Below, one piece after another: positions 35,153-38,814 of a stretch of 38,814 nt of DNA. Source of the DNA: Actinomycetes bacterium (GTDB taxonomy: Bacteria; Actinomycetota; Actinomycetes; Propionibacteriales; Propionibacteriaceae); NCBI GenBank assembly GCA_023437345.1, contig JAEZGC010000233.1:1-38814 (forward strand), written 5' to 3'. A model generated the notes under the pieces. It was not told the origin of the DNA. It saw only the letters and a list, made by a program, of their open reading frames with translations, and searched no databases. The translations under genes and the position numbers were made by a program. Positions within the stretch are counted from its first letter, which is position 1. Each line of letters opens with the position of its first letter.

Positions 35153-38100
35153 GTGTCCTTCCGCTCCTCCCGGCTCGCCGATCCCACCTTCTTCGCCGAC
35201 CGCCGACTGCCCGCCCACTCCGACCACCGCTGGTTCGCCGATGCGGGGGAGGCGGCGTCCGGGCGCAGCGGCTTCGAGCAGAGCCTCAACGGGTTGTGGA
35301 AGTTCCACTACGCGAAGAACCCCGGTCTCACGGTCCCCGGGTTCGAGGCGCCCGGCTTCGACTGCAGCGGCTGGGACGACATCCCGGTGCCGGCCCACCT
35401 GCAACTGCAGGGCTACGACCGGCCGCAGTACACCAACGTCCAGTACCCCTGGGACGGCCACGAGCAGGTCGAGCCCGACCAGGTGCCGCAGCGCTACAAC
35501 CCGGTCGGCAGCTATGTCACCACCTTCACCCTGACGCGCCCGCTGGCGCCCGGGGAGCGGTTGAGCGTGTGCTTCCACGGCGCCGAGAGCGCGGTCGCGG
35601 TGTGGCTCAACGGCCACTACGTGGGCTACGCCGGCGACAGCTTCACCCCGTCCGAGTTCGACCTGACCCAGGCCCTGGTTGAGGGCGAGAACAAGCTCGC
35701 CGCGCAGGTCTTCAAGTGGACCTCCGGGTCGTGGATCGAGGACCAGGACTTCTTCAGGTTCTCCGGACTGTTCCGCGACGTCGTGCTCTACCGGCGGCCC
35801 GCCGTCCACGTCGAGGACCTGCGGATCACCACCACCGTCAGCCAGGACCTCGCCGAGGCGACGGTGCGGGTGGCGGTCCAGCTTGCCGGTGCCGGACGGG
35901 TCACCGCCCGGCTGGCCGGAGTGGGCGAGCTCACCGGGGACGACGACCTCAGCCTGACGCTGCCGCAGCCGCGGCTGTGGAGCGCGGAGGACCCCCTCCT
36001 CTACGACCTCGAGCTCGAGGTCCGCGACGACGACGGGCGCCTGACCGAGTACATCCCGCAGCGGGTCGGAGTCCGCCGCTTCGGGATCGAGGGGGGCCTG
36101 CTGCGGATCAACGGCCAACGGATCGTGTTCAAGGGGGTCAACCGCCACGAGTTCGGGCTGCAGGGCCGGGTGATGACCCGCGAGCAGACCGAGGCCGACC
36201 TGCGGCTGATGAAGCGCCTCGGCATCAACGCGGTGCGCACCAGCCACTACCCGAACAACGGCTTCTTCTACGAGCTGTGCGACAGCTACGGCCTCTACGT
36301 GGTCGACGAGATGAACCTTGAGTCGCACGCGATGTGGGACCTGGTGATCCGCGGCGAGCTGACCGATGACCAGGCCCTGCCGGGCAGCCTGCCGCAATGG
36401 CGGGAGGTCCTGCTCGACCGGGCGGCCAGCATGCTGCAGCGCGACAAGAACCACCCCAGCATCGTGATGTGGTCCTGCGGTAACGAGTCCTACGGCGGCT
36501 CCAACCTGCTGGCCGTCGCCGACTACTTCCGGTCAGTCGACGACCGTCCGGTGCACTACGAGGGCGTCACCTGGGACCCGCGCTTCCCCGACACCAGCGA
36601 CGTGGTCAGCCAGATGTACACCCCGGCCGACCGCGTCGAGGAGTTCCTGCGAAGCCACCGCGACAAGCCGTTCCTGCTGTGCGAGTTCGCGCACTCGATG
36701 GGCAACTCCTTCGGCGCCGTCGACCGCTACCTCGACCTGGCCTACCGCGAGCCGCTCTTCCAGGGCGGGTTCATCTGGGACTTCGCCGACCAGGCGATCG
36801 CCCGGACCGACCGCGACGGCCGCCGGTTCTTCGGCTACGGCGGCGACTCGCTCGAGGCGCCGCACGACGGCGACTTCTCCGGTGACGGCATCCTGTTCGC
36901 CGACCACACTCCCAAGCCGGCGGTCCAGGAGGTCAAGCACGTCTACCAGGGGTTGCGGGTGGCGGTGGGCCGTGACGGCGTCGAGGTGGAGAACCGGCTG
37001 CTGTTCACCGATTCCTCGGCCTACGACTGCGTCGTCACCCTAAGTGTCGAGGGCCGCGAGCTGGCCCGCGCCGGGTTGGCGACCGACGTCCCGCCAGGCG
37101 GCACCCGGACCTACCCGCTGCCCGTGGCGCTGCCGTCCACGCCGGGGGAGTACGCCACCGACGTCAGCTTCCGGCTGCGCGAGGAGTCGAGCTGGGCGCC
37201 GGCCGGTTTCGAGGTGGCCTTCGGCCAGGGCGTGTTCCGGGTGGGCGAGCGGCCGGCCCCCGTCCGCTCGGGGCGGGCGCCGGAGCTGATCCGCGGGATC
37301 CACAACTACGGCGTCCGCGGCCCGGGCTTCCACGCGATCTTCTCCCGGCTCTACGGCGGCCTGGTCTCCTACCGCTTCGGCGACACCCCGGACGGCGGAC
37401 GCGAACTGCTGCGCGGCATCCCGCAGCCGAACTTCTGGCACGCGCCGACCTCGAACGAGCGGGGCTGGAAGATGCCCTTCCGCGACGGCCAGTGGCTGCT
37501 GGCCAGCCGGTACCCCGACCTGGCCGAGGGGGAGAACCCGACCGTCGCAGTGCACGGCGAGGCCGTCGAGGTCACCTATCGCTACCTGCTGCCGACCACG
37601 CCGACCAGCCACTGCGAGGCGCGCTACCGGGTGGACGGCGACGGCCGGATCGAGGTCACCGTGACCCTGCAACCGGGGGACGGGCTGCCCGACCTGCCCG
37701 AGTTCGGCCTGATGCTGCTGGCCGACGCCGCGCTGCACCACCTGCGCTGGTACGGCGAGGGCCCGCTGGAGTGCTACGTCGACCGGCGCGGCGGTGCCCG
37801 GCTGGGTGTGTACTCGGCCGACGTCGCCGACCAGTTGACCGGCTACCTGCGTCCGCAGGAGGCGGGCAGCCGGACGGGGGTCCGCTGGGCCAGCGTCACC
37901 GACGACCGGGGCTGGGGGCTGCGGTTCGAGGCCGAGGAGCCGATGGAGTTCTCGGCGCTGCCGTGGACGCCGTTCGAGATCGAGAACGCCGCCCACCCGA
38001 CCGAACTGCCGCCGGTGCGGCACACCGTGCTGCGTGCGGCACTGATGCGGCGCGGGGTGGGCGGCGACAACTCCTGGGGCGCCATGACCCACCCGGAGTA

Positions 38101-38179
38101 CCGGCTGCCGGCCGGCGACCTGGTGTTCCGGTTCAGCTTCCGGGGGATCTGCGAGCCGCCGCAGGCCCAAACGGTTTGA
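35153..38179 (+). CDS. lacZ: Beta-galactosidase, glycoside hydrolase family 2
   Basis: EDQDFFRFSGLFRDV, GVNRHE, RTSHYP, WSCGNE (acid/base), LCEFAHSMGN (nucleophile), GGFIWDFADQ, GVGGDNSW; AGGAG RBS before GTG 35153. Confidence 0.93.
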   Translation: MSFRSSRLADPTFFADRRLPAHSDHRWFADAGEAASGRSGFEQSLNGLWKFHYAKNPGLTVPGFEAPGFDCSGWDDIPVPAHLQLQGYDRPQYTNVQYPWDGHEQVEPDQVPQRYNPVGSYVTTFTLTRPLAPGERLSVCFHGAESAVAVWLNGHYVGYAGDSFTPSEFDLTQALVEGENKLAAQVFKWTSGSWIEDQDFFRFSGLFRDVVLYRRPAVHVEDLRITTTVSQDLAEATVRVAVQLAGAGRVTARLAGVGELTGDDDLSLTLPQPRLWSAEDPLLYDLELEVRDDDGRLTEYIPQRVGVRRFGIEGGLLRINGQRIVFKGVNRHEFGLQGRVMTREQTEADLRLMKRLGINAVRTSHYPNNGFFYELCDSYGLYVVDEMNLESHAMWDLVIRGELTDDQALPGSLPQWREVLLDRAASMLQRDKNHPSIVMWSCGNESYGGSNLLAVADYFRSVDDRPVHYEGVTWDPRFPDTSDVVSQMYTPADRVEEFLRSHRDKPFLLCEFAHSMGNSFGAVDRYLDLAYREPLFQGGFIWDFADQAIARTDRDGRRFFGYGGDSLEAPHDGDFSGDGILFADHTPKPAVQEVKHVYQGLRVAVGRDGVEVENRLLFTDSSAYDCVVTLSVEGRELARAGLATDVPPGGTRTYPLPVALPSTPGEYATDVSFRLREESSWAPAGFEVAFGQGVFRVGERPAPVRSGRAPELIRGIHNYGVRGPGFHAIFSRLYGGLVSYRFGDTPDGGRELLRGIPQPNFWHAPTSNERGWKMPFRDGQWLLASRYPDLAEGENPTVAVHGEAVEVTYRYLLPTTPTSHCEARYRVDGDGRIEVTVTLQPGDGLPDLPEFGLMLLADAALHHLRWYGEGPLECYVDRRGGARLGVYSADVADQLTGYLRPQEAGSRTGVRWASVTDDRGWGLRFEAEEPMEFSALPWTPFEIENAAHPTELPPVRHTVLRAALMRRGVGGDNSWGAMTHPEYRLPAGDLVFRFSFRGICEPPQAQTV

Positions 38180-38181
38180 GA

Positions 38182-38217
38182 GTGAGTTCCTCGCGCGAGT
38201 ACGCGCGAGGAACTCAC
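38182..38217. terminator. Perfect 16-bp stem hairpin between convergent lacZ and FKBP genes
   Basis: GTGAGTTCCTCGCGCG-AGTA-CGCGCGAGGAACTCAC. Confidence 0.7.
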
Positions 38218-38242
38218 AGCGTGGGCACCGGGCGGTCGGTTG

Positions 38243-38611
38243 CTAGCGGACGCCGACCAGGTCGCAGACGAAGATCAGGCTCTCGCCCGGCTTGATCACG
38301 CCACCGGCGCCGCGATCGCCGTAGGCGAGGTGGGCCGGGATCTCGAGCCGGCGGCGTCCGCCGACCTTCATCCCGACGATGCCCTGGTCCCAGCCGGAGA
38401 TCACCTGGCGGGCGCCGAGGCCGAAGACCAGCGGCTCACCCCGTCCGTAGCTGGAGTCGAACTCCTCGCCGGTGGAGTAGGCCACCCCGACGTAGTGCAC
38501 CGCAACCCGCTTGCCGGGGACGGCTTCGGGGCCGGTGCCGACCTCAAGGTCGATGATCTTCAACTCGGTCGGGGCCGGGCCCTCGGGCGGATCGACGAAT
38601 GGCTTTTCCAT
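38243..38611 (-). CDS. FKBP-type peptidyl-prolyl cis-trans isomerase
   Basis: VHYVG, FDSSY, VISGWDQGIVGMKVGGRRRLEIPAHLAYG, LIFVCDL; ATG 38611 with TAGGGT -10 7 nt upstream. Confidence 0.93.
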   Translation of the reverse strand: MEKPFVDPPEGPAPTELKIIDLEVGTGPEAVPGKRVAVHYVGVAYSTGEEFDSSYGRGEPLVFGLGARQVISGWDQGIVGMKVGGRRRLEIPAHLAYGDRGAGGVIKPGESLIFVCDLVGVR

Positions 38612-38698
38612 GCGCCCCACCCTAGCGATCCACCACAGCGGCCGAATCGGGTAGACTTGCGAGGCTGGGGCGCGTGAGCGGCCCGAGACAACTCAACA

Positions 38699-38814
38699 GG
38701 GGGTGACTGGTTTCGACTTGGGACGGTAGTCCCAGGAGAAGCGGGCCGAGGATCCAGGGACATCTCGTTAACGACTCCTGGAAACCAATAAGTGCCAACA
38801 CAACGCGCACTGAC
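38699..38814 (+). ncRNA. ssrA: tmRNA, 5' portion (truncated by window end)
   Basis: Starts GGGGGTGACTGGTTTCGAC; AATAAGT before resume codon GCC at 38794, tag ANTTRTD...; TAGACT -10 at 38652-38657. Confidence 0.93.

Overview
High-GC actinobacterial chromosome segment; gene content and the tmRNA tag suggest a Propionibacteriales/Propionibacteriaceae-like organism (inference). In order: a HAD hydrolase and a membrane protein with a degenerate Ser/Thr-kinase N-lobe, divergent from a moxR-DUF58-vWA-vWA operon; DUF3145; a type II fatty-acid synthesis cluster (fasR/mabR-like regulator, fabD, fabH, acpP, fabF, accD); aceE; DUF3052; a lipoprotein tyrosine/lipid phosphatase; tRNA-Val(TAC); an accessory block with a TIGR02206/YwaF-like membrane protein, an ArsR-led six-gene hydrogenase-related (Ehr, Rv0081-Rv0087-like) membrane complex and an NAD(P)-binding reductase; then prfB, ftsE-ftsX-M23 peptidase, smpB, DUF2207, DUF4287, a GH2 beta-galactosidase, an FKBP PPIase and the 5' end of tmRNA. 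Most interesting: (1) the Ehr complex whose large subunit has lost all Ni-Fe ligating cysteines; (2) FabD fused to a biotin-carrier-like domain with Arg in place of the biotinyl lysine; (3) the pseudokinase-stalk membrane protein facing moxR; (4) an SD-occluding, potentially switchable leader on DUF3145. No CRISPR array, integrase or intact transposase was seen. All family calls come from motif recognition by eye, not database searches.
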